Shown: in pieces, positions 9,160 through 19,200 of the stretch
Layout of the letters: each line of letters starts with the position of its first letter
Numbering within the stretch: the first letter of the stretch is position 1
IMG/VR virus record: IMGVR_UViG_3300012953_000221
Coordinates: 1 to 24,329 of that record
DNA: 24,329 bases
Direction: 5' to 3' (one strand)
From: a virus
Lineage: Duplodnaviria; Caudoviricetes
Notes under the pieces: model-generated
Databases searched by the model: none
Seen by the model: the letters and a program-made list of their open reading frames with translations, nothing else
Told to the model about the DNA's origin: nothing
Position numbers and translations under genes: made by a program

Positions 9160-12100
9160 TGTCAAGTGATGATATAGATTTAGGACAACAAACACACTTT
9201 GCTTCTGAACTTAGTAAGTCTTTAGCTGCAGTAAATACAAGACTGTCTACTTTTGCAGACCATTCTAGAACTCAAGCTCAATTTGCGACACAGATATCAG
9301 AATCATTTAAAAAAACTAGCGACAATATTAATAGTTTGTCGACCAATACTGATACTATTAATCAAACATTACAAAATTTTATGCAAAATATGCAATCAGT
9401 TTCAAATAATCCAGGAGTCAGTAATTTCTTTAATAGCTTTATGACTTATATGGATGAAACAAATAAAAGATATCAAAGAGCTGCTGATGCAACAGAAGGA
9501 TTAGCTGATGCAGCAGAAAGACATCAAACTGCATCACAGCAATCACAAGAATCACTAAAAAAAGCTGCTGATCAAGATAAGAAATTTAGTTCTGCTCAAC
9601 AAAAACAAACAAAAGAGCAATTATCTAGTTTAAACAATTTAAACAAAAAAGCAACTCAATTTAATGAGACACAAGAAGAATTTGCAAAAGCATCAGAAGA
9701 AGCAGAAAAAGCTGGAAAAAGTTGGATTAAAACTTTTAAATCAGTTTTAAGTGCAGGTTTTGGATTAATAAAAGTATTAGGATCATTAATAGGAGCAGCA
9801 ACGACTTTTGTAAAAACTGTGCTTACTCTTCCTTTTATGGTTTTAGATAATGTTGTAAAAGTAGGAAACGCACTTAGGGAAGATATTGTTGTAACTATAG
9901 GACAAGCAGCTCAAGATTCAAAAGAATTTTTTGATTCTTTTTCTGGTATTGGTCAAGGTATTACTAAAATGACAAATATGGGAAAAGGTATGCTATTAGA
10001 GTTTGAGTTAGTCAACTCTGAAGCAGTCAAACTTTTTGACATGGGTGCTGCTGGTATTGCTAACATGATTAAAGAAACAACAAGTGCAATTAAAGCTATG
10101 GGCCATTATTCTGAAATGTTTGGAAGTTCTATAACTAACAGTAAAGACTCTCTATTTCACTTTACTAGAATAAAAAAAGCTATAGGACTAGAAGATGAAC
10201 AAATAGCTTATTATGCACAAGATGCTGGTGTCAACTTAATAAGTTTAAATGATAGATTAACGTCAATGGCTATTCAAACTGATCTCATTTCAAAACAATA
10301 TGGTGTTGATTTAAAAAGATTAGGCAAAAACTTTAATAAACTTAGAGTTGATATTGCATTATATGGACACTTATCTGACGAAGAGCTATTAAAAACTACA
10401 GCAAGATTAACACAAATGAAAATATCTGTTGAAGATGCATCTAACGTGTTTAAAAAGTTTAATACTTTTGAAGATGCAGCAAACTCGGTTGCAATGTTAT
10501 CACAGACTTTTGGAATGAACTTAGATGCTATGGAGATAATCCAAGCTGAAAATCCGATAGAGATTATCGACATGTTTAGAAACTCAATGATTGCAACAGG
10601 CAGAACATTCGATGAGCTAAACAGATTCGAAAAAGAAATAATGGCAGACCAAACAGGTATGACTCAAGAAAGTCTTAAAGCATTAATGACTTTAAGAGAT
10701 CAAGGCTTGACACATCAAGAAGCTGTTGATGCAATGAAAGATCAGACTCCAGAAGCTAAGCAGCTTAAAGCAATAAAAGAATTGAGTTCTTCTATTAGTC
10801 AGCTACAAAAGGTTATGACTTTTACAAGTCCATTTGAGGCATTTCTTAAAGGACTAGGTAGGAATTCAGCTGCATCAAAAGAAGCTAGAGAAGCATTTAT
10901 GTCTCTAAGTAATACATATCAAATGATTCATGACTTTGCGGCAAACTTAGACGGTGATACAATTGATGCTTTGATGGAACCTGTAATAATTATCGTTGAT
11001 ACAATGAATGAAATTTTTAATTCAAAAGCTTTCACAGGAGGATTGTCTTCTTTAGTAGAAGGCTTTGGCGAGATAGCAATGAACTTATTTGGCGTAACAA
11101 GTTCAGATAGAATATTTCATGAATTGAAAAAGAATCTTACAGGAATGACGCCTAGACAAGAAAAACAATTAGCAACAGATTTAACAGTAATAGAAAAAGA
11201 TATAAAAGGAAGTAGCTCTCAAACTGTAAAAGATTTGTATGTAAAATATATGGAAAAATCTCCTAAGTTAAAAACAACTTCAGCAAAATTTCAAGCATTT
11301 CTAAAGAACTTTAAAAAAGAAGCTGCTAAAAATCCTGACATTAAAAAAGAGTACGAAGCTGTAATGAAAAACTTCCATAAAGGTTATACGATGGCGTCTT
11401 TTAATAAGCTTGTTAAAACTAAAAAAGGAGTTAGAAAATTAATGTCTAACTTTGAAAATAGAGTAGACAATATATTTACAGGAAATACTGGTAATTTTGA
11501 AAAGTTTTTTGACGTTGCAGGATTAACTGCAGGTGCTATAATAAAGGGTGCTGCTATATTATTAACTTCTGGTGTTAATTTGCTTAATCATATAATAGAC
11601 GAAGTTGACTTAGATCAAATTGGTAATAAGACTGGTCAGAAAAATATCTTAGAATCATTTTTCGATTGGGATGCAGGTGATATGATTGACATGGCAGAAG
11701 GAATAGGTAAAGCTTTAGGAGGATTATTTGCTAGAGGTGGAAAGCTAGCATTTTTTGGAACTTGGTTGTTCGAACAAATGTCTGGGATATTTGGAAATGT
11801 AATCAGATTTTTTTGGGTAACTTTAAAGGAAATAGGTAGTCAAATATTCCCTAATATATTTGGTGGAGAATCAATTCAAGATGTAATTACAAAAAAGCAA
11901 AGAGGAAAAGCAGGCTATACTAAAAAAAGTGATATAAGGAAGGGAGGAGGATTTACAGATGCATCACAATTCAATATTGCAGACTCTGCATCTCAAAAAA
12001 GTGCTGTTTTAAAAATGGATGAGGTTGGAGACAAAGCAAAGGGAGGTTCTAAAGAGTCTAGTGCAATAGCAGCTTTAAGAGCTAAAGCAGAAGGTAATAC

Positions 12101-13115
12101 ATTTACTAAAGCAGACTATGAACATTTGTCAATAATAGAAGGTGCTTTAGGCGCCGGTGGTGTAGGAAAGAGTAATAATATACTAGATGTTGATCCTGCT
12201 GTTGCAATGGATCGAGATGGTAAAAGAATTGAATTTGATAACGCTTTAAAATCATTCTACAAAAATCATTCTAAAAAATATGCATCGATGATGGAGAAAA
12301 TAGAAAAAAAGAGAGGCATAAAAAGGCATGACGAGTGGTTTAATAGATATGATAAAAATAAAATACTCACAGGTACATTCGCTCGTCATATTCATAAAAT
12401 GTCTGACAAATTAAGTGATATAGATAGCTTTACAAAATCTAGTCTTTACTATAAACTTTTTGGTGAATTTCTTGCAAACAAAGCTAATAAAAAAGAGCCT
12501 GCACTTCCTGAGTCTAAACTTTGGCATGAGAAGAGTGCAGATTACAAACATACTACTAAAGATTATGACTTAAAAGCATTCCAAAATGACAACAAGTGGT
12601 TTGGACATACACCGTTTTTTGTTGAACAATTTTTATATCACAAAGGTACAAGATTTGCTAGCGGTGAAACTAAAGTTAATGATGGTGGTGGTATAAATTC
12701 AAATACAATTGCAGCCAAACCAGGAGGTGTAGCAGTATCAATGATGTCAGATATTGCAACAATGTCTGGACAGGCTAATAACATATATTCAGATATTAAT
12801 TCACTTTATTCATCATCAAGTATTGAATCTCCTTATAGGATTACAACAAATAAAGCTAAAGAGCATAAAGAAAACGTAAATAAAATAAAAGAAGAAGCTA
12901 AAAAACCAAAGCAATGTGATTATACTATACCTATAACTCCAGAATTTATAAAAACATTAATGCCTATGTTTAAAGAAAGTGGATTTCTTAAAATTTTAAT
13001 GGATACAAGATATATGTCACCAGACGGTTCAAGAGTTGCGCCTGAGGCTTGTATCATGGATACACTAAGCAATGCCAAGCCGGGTATGTTTCCTGCAAAT
13101 GATTATGACTATTAA
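9159..13115 (+). CDS. Tape measure-like protein 2 (1318 aa), paralog of 5344-9159
   Basis: Same architecture, with core FKKFNTFEDAANSVAMLSQTFG...LNRFEKEIMADQTGMT. Coupled to the upstream gene by a TAATG overlap at 9157-9161. Confidence 0.75.
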   Translation: MSSDDIDLGQQTHFASELSKSLAAVNTRLSTFADHSRTQAQFATQISESFKKTSDNINSLSTNTDTINQTLQNFMQNMQSVSNNPGVSNFFNSFMTYMDETNKRYQRAADATEGLADAAERHQTASQQSQESLKKAADQDKKFSSAQQKQTKEQLSSLNNLNKKATQFNETQEEFAKASEEAEKAGKSWIKTFKSVLSAGFGLIKVLGSLIGAATTFVKTVLTLPFMVLDNVVKVGNALREDIVVTIGQAAQDSKEFFDSFSGIGQGITKMTNMGKGMLLEFELVNSEAVKLFDMGAAGIANMIKETTSAIKAMGHYSEMFGSSITNSKDSLFHFTRIKKAIGLEDEQIAYYAQDAGVNLISLNDRLTSMAIQTDLISKQYGVDLKRLGKNFNKLRVDIALYGHLSDEELLKTTARLTQMKISVEDASNVFKKFNTFEDAANSVAMLSQTFGMNLDAMEIIQAENPIEIIDMFRNSMIATGRTFDELNRFEKEIMADQTGMTQESLKALMTLRDQGLTHQEAVDAMKDQTPEAKQLKAIKELSSSISQLQKVMTFTSPFEAFLKGLGRNSAASKEAREAFMSLSNTYQMIHDFAANLDGDTIDALMEPVIIIVDTMNEIFNSKAFTGGLSSLVEGFGEIAMNLFGVTSSDRIFHELKKNLTGMTPRQEKQLATDLTVIEKDIKGSSSQTVKDLYVKYMEKSPKLKTTSAKFQAFLKNFKKEAAKNPDIKKEYEAVMKNFHKGYTMASFNKLVKTKKGVRKLMSNFENRVDNIFTGNTGNFEKFFDVAGLTAGAIIKGAAILLTSGVNLLNHIIDEVDLDQIGNKTGQKNILESFFDWDAGDMIDMAEGIGKALGGLFARGGKLAFFGTWLFEQMSGIFGNVIRFFWVTLKEIGSQIFPNIFGGESIQDVITKKQRGKAGYTKKSDIRKGGGFTDASQFNIADSASQKSAVLKMDEVGDKAKGGSKESSAIAALRAKAEGNTFTKADYEHLSIIEGALGAGGVGKSNNILDVDPAVAMDRDGKRIEFDNALKSFYKNHSKKYASMMEKIEKKRGIKRHDEWFNRYDKNKILTGTFARHIHKMSDKLSDIDSFTKSSLYYKLFGEFLANKANKKEPALPESKLWHEKSADYKHTTKDYDLKAFQNDNKWFGHTPFFVEQFLYHKGTRFASGETKVNDGGGINSNTIAAKPGGVAVSMMSDIATMSGQANNIYSDINSLYSSSSIESPYRITTNKAKEHKENVNKIKEEAKKPKQCDYTIPITPEFIKTLMPMFKESGFLKILMDTRYMSPDGSRVAPEACIMDTLSNAKPGMFPANDYDY

Positions 13116-13122
13116 TATATAA
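13115..13122 (+). promoter_or_regulatory. Candidate late-promoter core ATATATAA
   Basis: Third copy of the motif, upstream of the baseplate gene cluster. It overlaps the last base of the preceding stop codon. Confidence 0.4.
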
Positions 13123-13137
13123 AGAAAGAGTAAACTT

Positions 13138-13395
13138 ATGAAAGAAATAAATGTACAGGACATAATTAAAAAAAGTGGCATATTAAATATTATGAGCGAT
13201 AAATTTGCAGAAAAACTTGGCGTGCCTAAAGAAAAGTTACAAATTTATCTAGAAAAAAAAGTTGAAAGTCGACTTAATGATTTAGGCAAAAAAATGTCTA
13301 AAGGAGACGCATCACCAGAAGACTTTAATATGTTACGACGTTTATCTGACGTTAACTTTGATGAGATCAATGATAAAATAATCAAGGATGAATAA
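13138..13395 (+). CDS. Hypothetical protein (85 aa)
   Basis: Purine-rich RBS region. Coupled to the next gene by TAATAATG. No recognisable family. Confidence 0.7.
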   Translation: MKEINVQDIIKKSGILNIMSDKFAEKLGVPKEKLQIYLEKKVESRLNDLGKKMSKGDASPEDFNMLRRLSDVNFDEINDKIIKDE

Positions 13396-13397
13396 TA

Positions 13398-15938
13398 ATG
13401 TCAATTAAATACATTCTAGATATCTCTGGAAATATAAAAAAACAAAATGATGATTCTGCAGAATATGAGGATTTTAGTTCTGATAGCAGTGATAATAATA
13501 TATACAGCATATCATCAGAACTTGCTAAAAGTGAACTATTATCAGATGGAAAAAATATTAATCTTGTATCTGATGATTTCTATTTTGCTGATGCAGACTC
13601 TGATGATTTTAAAAATTTAGTTGTAAACGAAAGCCCGAGCGATCCTTCGTTTGGAACAGGTTCTGAAACAAAAGATTCTTTTAAACCAATGTATCACTTT
13701 AGTAACGAAAATGGTGCATATTTTGCAAAAGAATTTGAAATGCTTACAGGTTATACTGGATTAATAGTAGGTGAAGGTATTGACGAGGATACGTTTGCTT
13801 TTATTTTTGATTATTTTGCTGAAATTATATTACTAATAGGTATCATGGAAGGTCTTGCACTAATAAATTCAGCAATAGCTAGTTTTTCATCAAACAATAC
13901 ATCAACAGTAGAAAAATTTCATTTAACAATAGGGAAACATTCTATAGTTGAATATGATATTGTTTCAACGTATTTATTTTCTATATTAAATTATCCTAAA
14001 GCAGATTCATCTTTTGGAACTAGAATGGTTTCTTTTTTCGTAGGCTTTGCTTCATGGTTTTCAGCTGACGATGGTGTATTTTTAGAAAAGATACTCGAGT
14101 CTGCTAGTCGAAATAGCACAGGATCAAAAAATTTAGAAAACTTTTATGATTTAAATCCTTTGAAAAATGAAAACTTTTTTTTAGGTTTAACACACATAGC
14201 CAACATAGCAATTGCTACAGTTGAAATTATAGCATCTATTTTGCTTCAAAAATCTTCAACAAAAAGATTAGCATTGCTTATTAAAAAATTTAGGCAGGAA
14301 AGAGCATGGAAAAACAATCTATTTAAAGCTAAGAAAAACGAAGACTCAAGTTTCTTGGTGCAGTTTGACTATTATTATGTTAGATTTGCAATAGAAAGAA
14401 TAAATGTAGGTTTAAAAATAGTCAACAGGTATGCTCATGGTAAAACTTATCTAAATCCATCTCATAAAGAAGGACCACTAACAAGAGTATCAGGTCACAG
14501 AACAAAAGATAAGGCTCTATCATCTTTTGGGGATTCTGGTTGGGAATATAGCAATTCAGATTCTGAAGGTTATAAACCTGGGATGACAACTAGATTAAGG
14601 GCAATTCCTCAACTTTTAAATTTAAGTTATAATTTTTTAAATCACTTGGTTTATAGCACTACTCAAGGCCAAAATATTAATTTAGATAAGAGTATAGAAC
14701 AAAACTTTATTGACTCAAAAGTCAAAGAACAAAGAAGAATACCAAAAGAGATAGTTAAAGAGATAGAAGACAATTTAGAGTCAGAATATGTGCCTTTTTA
14801 TTTGCATGATTTAAGAACAAATGAAGTTTTAAGTTTTCATGCTTTTATAGAAAGTATTTCTGATGCTTTTACGCCTGAATATACTTCAGCTTCCGGATTT
14901 GGTAGAATTGATGATGTTAGATCTTATGTTAAAACAACTAGAAATATTAATCTTTCATTTACTGTTGCAGCAACATCAGAAACAGATCATGATTTTATGT
15001 GGTATCAAATAAACAAACTTGTCACGATGGTTTATCCACAATGGTCAGAAGGATTATCTACAACAGATACGGATACTAAGACTAAGTTTACTTTTCCATT
15101 TACACAAGTTCCTACAGCATCTCCACTTATTAGAATCAGATTAGGAGACGTATTAAAAAATAATTATAGTAGATCTTCATTGTCAAGAATGTTCGGATTA
15201 GAAAGAAGTCTACCCAAATACAACAATACATGGAGTAATACTGAATCTACAACAAGATATGAATTATTGCCCGGGCTATATAAAGTAAAAACAGGACTTG
15301 GAGATGGTACACAAAGGCAATATTTAGAAATAAAGAATCCAGTTGAAATAGAAGGTGTTAGTAATAGCTTTGCAGCTTTAATATTTGGTGATGGTGACAA
15401 AAAAGTTGAAATAGACGATGCGAACGAAGTAGTAAAAATAAAGGCAGATCAACCAAATGGTGATACCGAGCTTATTGTTGATTCAAGTAGAGTAAGAAAG
15501 TTAGATTGGTGTGAAACCGGTGTTAAAGCTAGTGTGGGTATAGGACAAAATTTTTATGACATCATGAAACCTTTTGACTCCAAGGGTAATAACATATCAA
15601 ACAACCCAATAACGAATGCTTATGAGAGCGGTATGAGTAGAGGCATAGCAGGATTTATAACACAGTTAGATGTAAACTATAATGAGTCTAATTGGGAAAC
15701 TTCAAGAATTGGGTCTAAAGCTCCTATGCTTGTTAAGATTACATTGAACTTTGCACCTATACATGATATTCCGCCGGGTATTGATCATGATGGAATGATG
15801 CGAGCTCCAGTGTATAATGTAGGTCGTGTCAATAATCAATTCTTTGGTGATCCACATGATGATGAAAAGGGCATTGGAAGTGGAATTAAAAAAGCAATAA
15901 CAAAATATAGTGAAATAAAGAAAAGTATTGAGGGCTAA
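13398..15938 (+). CDS. Baseplate tube-initiator-like protein (gp48/gp54/P2 gpU-like domain) with a long N-terminal extension
   Basis: The C-terminal half has FHAFIESISDAFTPEY, GFGRIDDVRSYVKTTRNINLSFTV, VYPQW, PLIRIRLGD, GFITQL, WE and PMLVKITLNFAPIHD. Located between the tape measures and the gpX-like gene. Confidence 0.65.
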   Translation: MSIKYILDISGNIKKQNDDSAEYEDFSSDSSDNNIYSISSELAKSELLSDGKNINLVSDDFYFADADSDDFKNLVVNESPSDPSFGTGSETKDSFKPMYHFSNENGAYFAKEFEMLTGYTGLIVGEGIDEDTFAFIFDYFAEIILLIGIMEGLALINSAIASFSSNNTSTVEKFHLTIGKHSIVEYDIVSTYLFSILNYPKADSSFGTRMVSFFVGFASWFSADDGVFLEKILESASRNSTGSKNLENFYDLNPLKNENFFLGLTHIANIAIATVEIIASILLQKSSTKRLALLIKKFRQERAWKNNLFKAKKNEDSSFLVQFDYYYVRFAIERINVGLKIVNRYAHGKTYLNPSHKEGPLTRVSGHRTKDKALSSFGDSGWEYSNSDSEGYKPGMTTRLRAIPQLLNLSYNFLNHLVYSTTQGQNINLDKSIEQNFIDSKVKEQRRIPKEIVKEIEDNLESEYVPFYLHDLRTNEVLSFHAFIESISDAFTPEYTSASGFGRIDDVRSYVKTTRNINLSFTVAATSETDHDFMWYQINKLVTMVYPQWSEGLSTTDTDTKTKFTFPFTQVPTASPLIRIRLGDVLKNNYSRSSLSRMFGLERSLPKYNNTWSNTESTTRYELLPGLYKVKTGLGDGTQRQYLEIKNPVEIEGVSNSFAALIFGDGDKKVEIDDANEVVKIKADQPNGDTELIVDSSRVRKLDWCETGVKASVGIGQNFYDIMKPFDSKGNNISNNPITNAYESGMSRGIAGFITQLDVNYNESNWETSRIGSKAPMLVKITLNFAPIHDIPPGIDHDGMMRAPVYNVGRVNNQFFGDPHDDEKGIGSGIKKAITKYSEIKKSIEG

Positions 15939-15940
15939 TA

Positions 15941-16246
15941 ATGTATATAGATAGATTTGATGTTAATGGTAATAGTATAGCAAATAGAGTATATCATTTA
16001 GTCGATTCAGGGAAAATAAGACTTCAAAATAAAATAATTGCAACTGGTGATAAAAGACTAGACCAATATGCTCATGATGAATATGGAAGTGGTTTAAATT
16101 GGTGGATAATAGCATCTGCATCAGGACTGGGTTGGTGGTTTAATTTGTCAAAGCTTGAAAAAGGATCAGAAGTTGTTAAAAGTGGTGTTGTATTATACTT
16201 TCCTGCTATTGAAGATATTATAAATTTAAAACAAAAAGGATTCTAA
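15941..16246 (+). CDS. LysM-like baseplate protein (P2 gpX / T4 gp53-like)
   Basis: RLDQYAHDEYGSGLNWWIIASASG...GVVLYFP matches the RLD-xA-xYG-xWWIIA pattern. Canonical position before the hub gene. Confidence 0.75.
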   Translation: MYIDRFDVNGNSIANRVYHLVDSGKIRLQNKIIATGDKRLDQYAHDEYGSGLNWWIIASASGLGWWFNLSKLEKGSEVVKSGVVLYFPAIEDIINLKQKGF

Positions 16247-16249
16247 TAT

Positions 16250-19200
16250 ATGTCAATTCCTTCGTTAAGAAAATCAAAAATATCAAGATTTGTCCCAATG
16301 ATGTCTAATGATGAAGTCATTAAGCAACTTTTAACGCCTGTAAATAATAACGATCCAAAAAAACAAACAGCAAAAGCATTAAATTCAAGACTTTTTTCTG
16401 AATCAAATCTTGAAGAAATTAAAACTATTGTAAGTCAAACAAATTTTGACAAACCAAAATTTCAAAGTGTATTAAATAATTTAGTATCCTCAGTTCTAGT
16501 AACTACATTTCATTCTTTAAGTATTGATATTAGTTTTACGAGTGAAATAATTCAACATATATGTCAAGAAGTAAGAACAGAAATCAAAAGAAACGAAATA
16601 TCACTTGGTATAAAAAATGATAATAACAAGATTAAAAGTCTACAAATAGTAATATTAAATCAAATAGGTGAGTATGTAAAAATAATACACGAAGACTATA
16701 AGATTTCTTTAAATAAAGAAATTGTAGAAAATAAACCACCTACAGATAATGAATACACATATCTAAGTGATACTAACTTTTGTATAAAAAAGTATCATAA
16801 CATAAAAAAAGAAAATAAAAGTAAACTTTATCATCATAAAAGTCAATTTGGATTATTAGGACATACAACTAAAAAAAATAAAAAAAAATTAAAAGAGCCT
16901 GCATTAAATGAAGAAATAGTAGTACCACGTAATGGTCTGCCAAAAAGAAGTACAGTATTCAATACAGCTGAGATTATTAATTACAAGCTTAAAAAACAGA
17001 GTGATCAAACTGATAGTGATATTAGTAAATTTTTAAATCAAGTTGATGATAGCGGTAAATTAAAGATAAGAGATGATAAAAGTTGTAGTGTATCATTTAT
17101 GATGATGAATAATCCTCGAATGAGAGTTGGAACAAAAAACAGTCTAGAGCTTTCTACTTTCTTAAACTCTTTAAGCACTATAGAATTAAGTAAATGCTTG
17201 CCTTATTTAGACGTTAAATTTATTTTACCAAGAAACATAGAAACAAAATCAGAAAAAATATTTCAAACATCATCTATTACACAATTTCTTGATGGCACAC
17301 CAATTTCAGCATCGGATGCATTAACATCACCATTCTATAAAACACTTTCAACAAACTTTGTAAGAGATGCAGGTAACAATAGACTTCAAAGGGCTGTAGA
17401 AACAAATCTATCAGCTTTTACTATGCCTCAAACAATTAATAACTTTGATGAATTATATGTAGGACATTTAAGTTCTTATGCAAAAGGAGAAAAAGGAAAC
17501 ACGATAAATCATAGTTTATTTAAAAGAAATAATACAATACATGATTATACTAAACCTTTCCTGACAATAAAGAGTTTTAACATAGACGTAGCACCAACTC
17601 AAGGTCTGATGTCATTTAAAACAGGTAGATTATCTTTAGTACTTCACGACAAATCAAGAATGTCTGAAGTAGCACCATTTATAAAGCCTGATTTGTTTGG
17701 ATCTTTCGGTGCAGAAATTGCTATACAATATGGTTGGTCTCATATGGATGCAATCAAAAATCCTAAGCCTAGTGACAAAGTCAATTACTTTGCTCAGTTT
17801 TTAGAAGAAAATAAAATTTATGAAAAATATATAATTACTAATTCTTCTTATAATATTGATAAAAATGGTCAAGTAAACATAGATCTTGCTATTGCAATGA
17901 AAGGACCAGTCAGTATTAGAGCTATAAATTTTGAGTCTAATACACCTCAAAAAATAGATAAAGATTATTTAGATGGTCTATCTACCAGATTAAAAGATCA
18001 AGAAGAAGAATTAATACAAGAATCAAATAAAAGTATCGAGAAAAATACTTTAAGTAGAATAACATCTGTAAGACCTTCTGACTTTTTTGAAAATATAGCA
18101 GATGCCATTGTAAAAGAATTTTCACACAATTCAGACCCTAAAAAGAATGCGCGTCCTATGAGAACAGTCGATGCTGTAAGAGAAGCTAATTCCACTGCTC
18201 AAAGGAAAAAAATAAGGAATGCTAAAAATGACCAACAAAAAATTGCTGAAATTGGGAAATTTTTCAATGCAATATTTAAAAATAAGAATTATTATGTAAA
18301 AATAAAAACCGAAAGCAATGAGGATATCGATTTAGCTGACGTTACTGCAGAAAATTTTAATCCTACAGATTTAACAAATTATAGAAGGATGTTTGTAAGA
18401 TTATATTCAAGAACTGTTAGATTAGCTAATAATGCACAAAGTAAAGTTAGTGGTGAAAGAAAAAAATTAACAGAAGAAATTGAAGGTCTTTTGCAAAAGT
18501 TAACAGATGGCCTAAGTATAGAAGATCCTTTTTTTGATTTAGAAAATATTCACAATGTTGAACAAATATCAAATGATAAATTAAAAACAATCAAAACTAA
18601 CAAAAACGATGGAATAGAAAAGCCAAAATATGACCTTAGCAAACCTCAGGGAAAAGAGTCAGTATTAATTTATCCTTCTTCGATTAAAGGAACAGATTCT
18701 TTTGATGGAGGAAGTCATTCTTCTCTTACTGATTATGTATCTTTAGGAAATATAATACTTGCAGTTTTAGGTTCTCATTTAGCATTTACAAGAGGATATG
18801 ATGAAATACAAATTGTTAGCTATACTTTAAATAATAATGCTGGTTTAGCAATGAATAAAAACGTAGCATCTTTGCTTATAAACAAAGAAGAGCTTACTTC
18901 TTTTCTGTTTGATCTTTTTAAAAATGGCGCGCAATATACTTTAGAAAGTCTTTTGACTCAAATAATTAAAAAGTTTATTGTAACAAGATATTGTGTTAAT
19001 TATGGTATGAGGGACTTTTATAAAATAGATTCAAATAGTCAAGTATCTGTTAAAGATGAAAAAAAGAAGCCTGACGAATTAAAAAAAGATATAGATGAGA
19101 GACTTGAAAAAATACATAATTTAATGTATAAAGGTTCAGATGACGATTCTTTTTTGACAGAAATAAAATTTGTGATGCCTAAGATTAAATTGTTATTTGA

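Noticed and set aside
5344-13115. Assembly artefact, or one tape measure gene split by a frameshift
   Set aside because: The two ORFs are diverged, collinear paralogs that each have their own N- and C-terminal regions. They are neither identical copies nor complementary halves.
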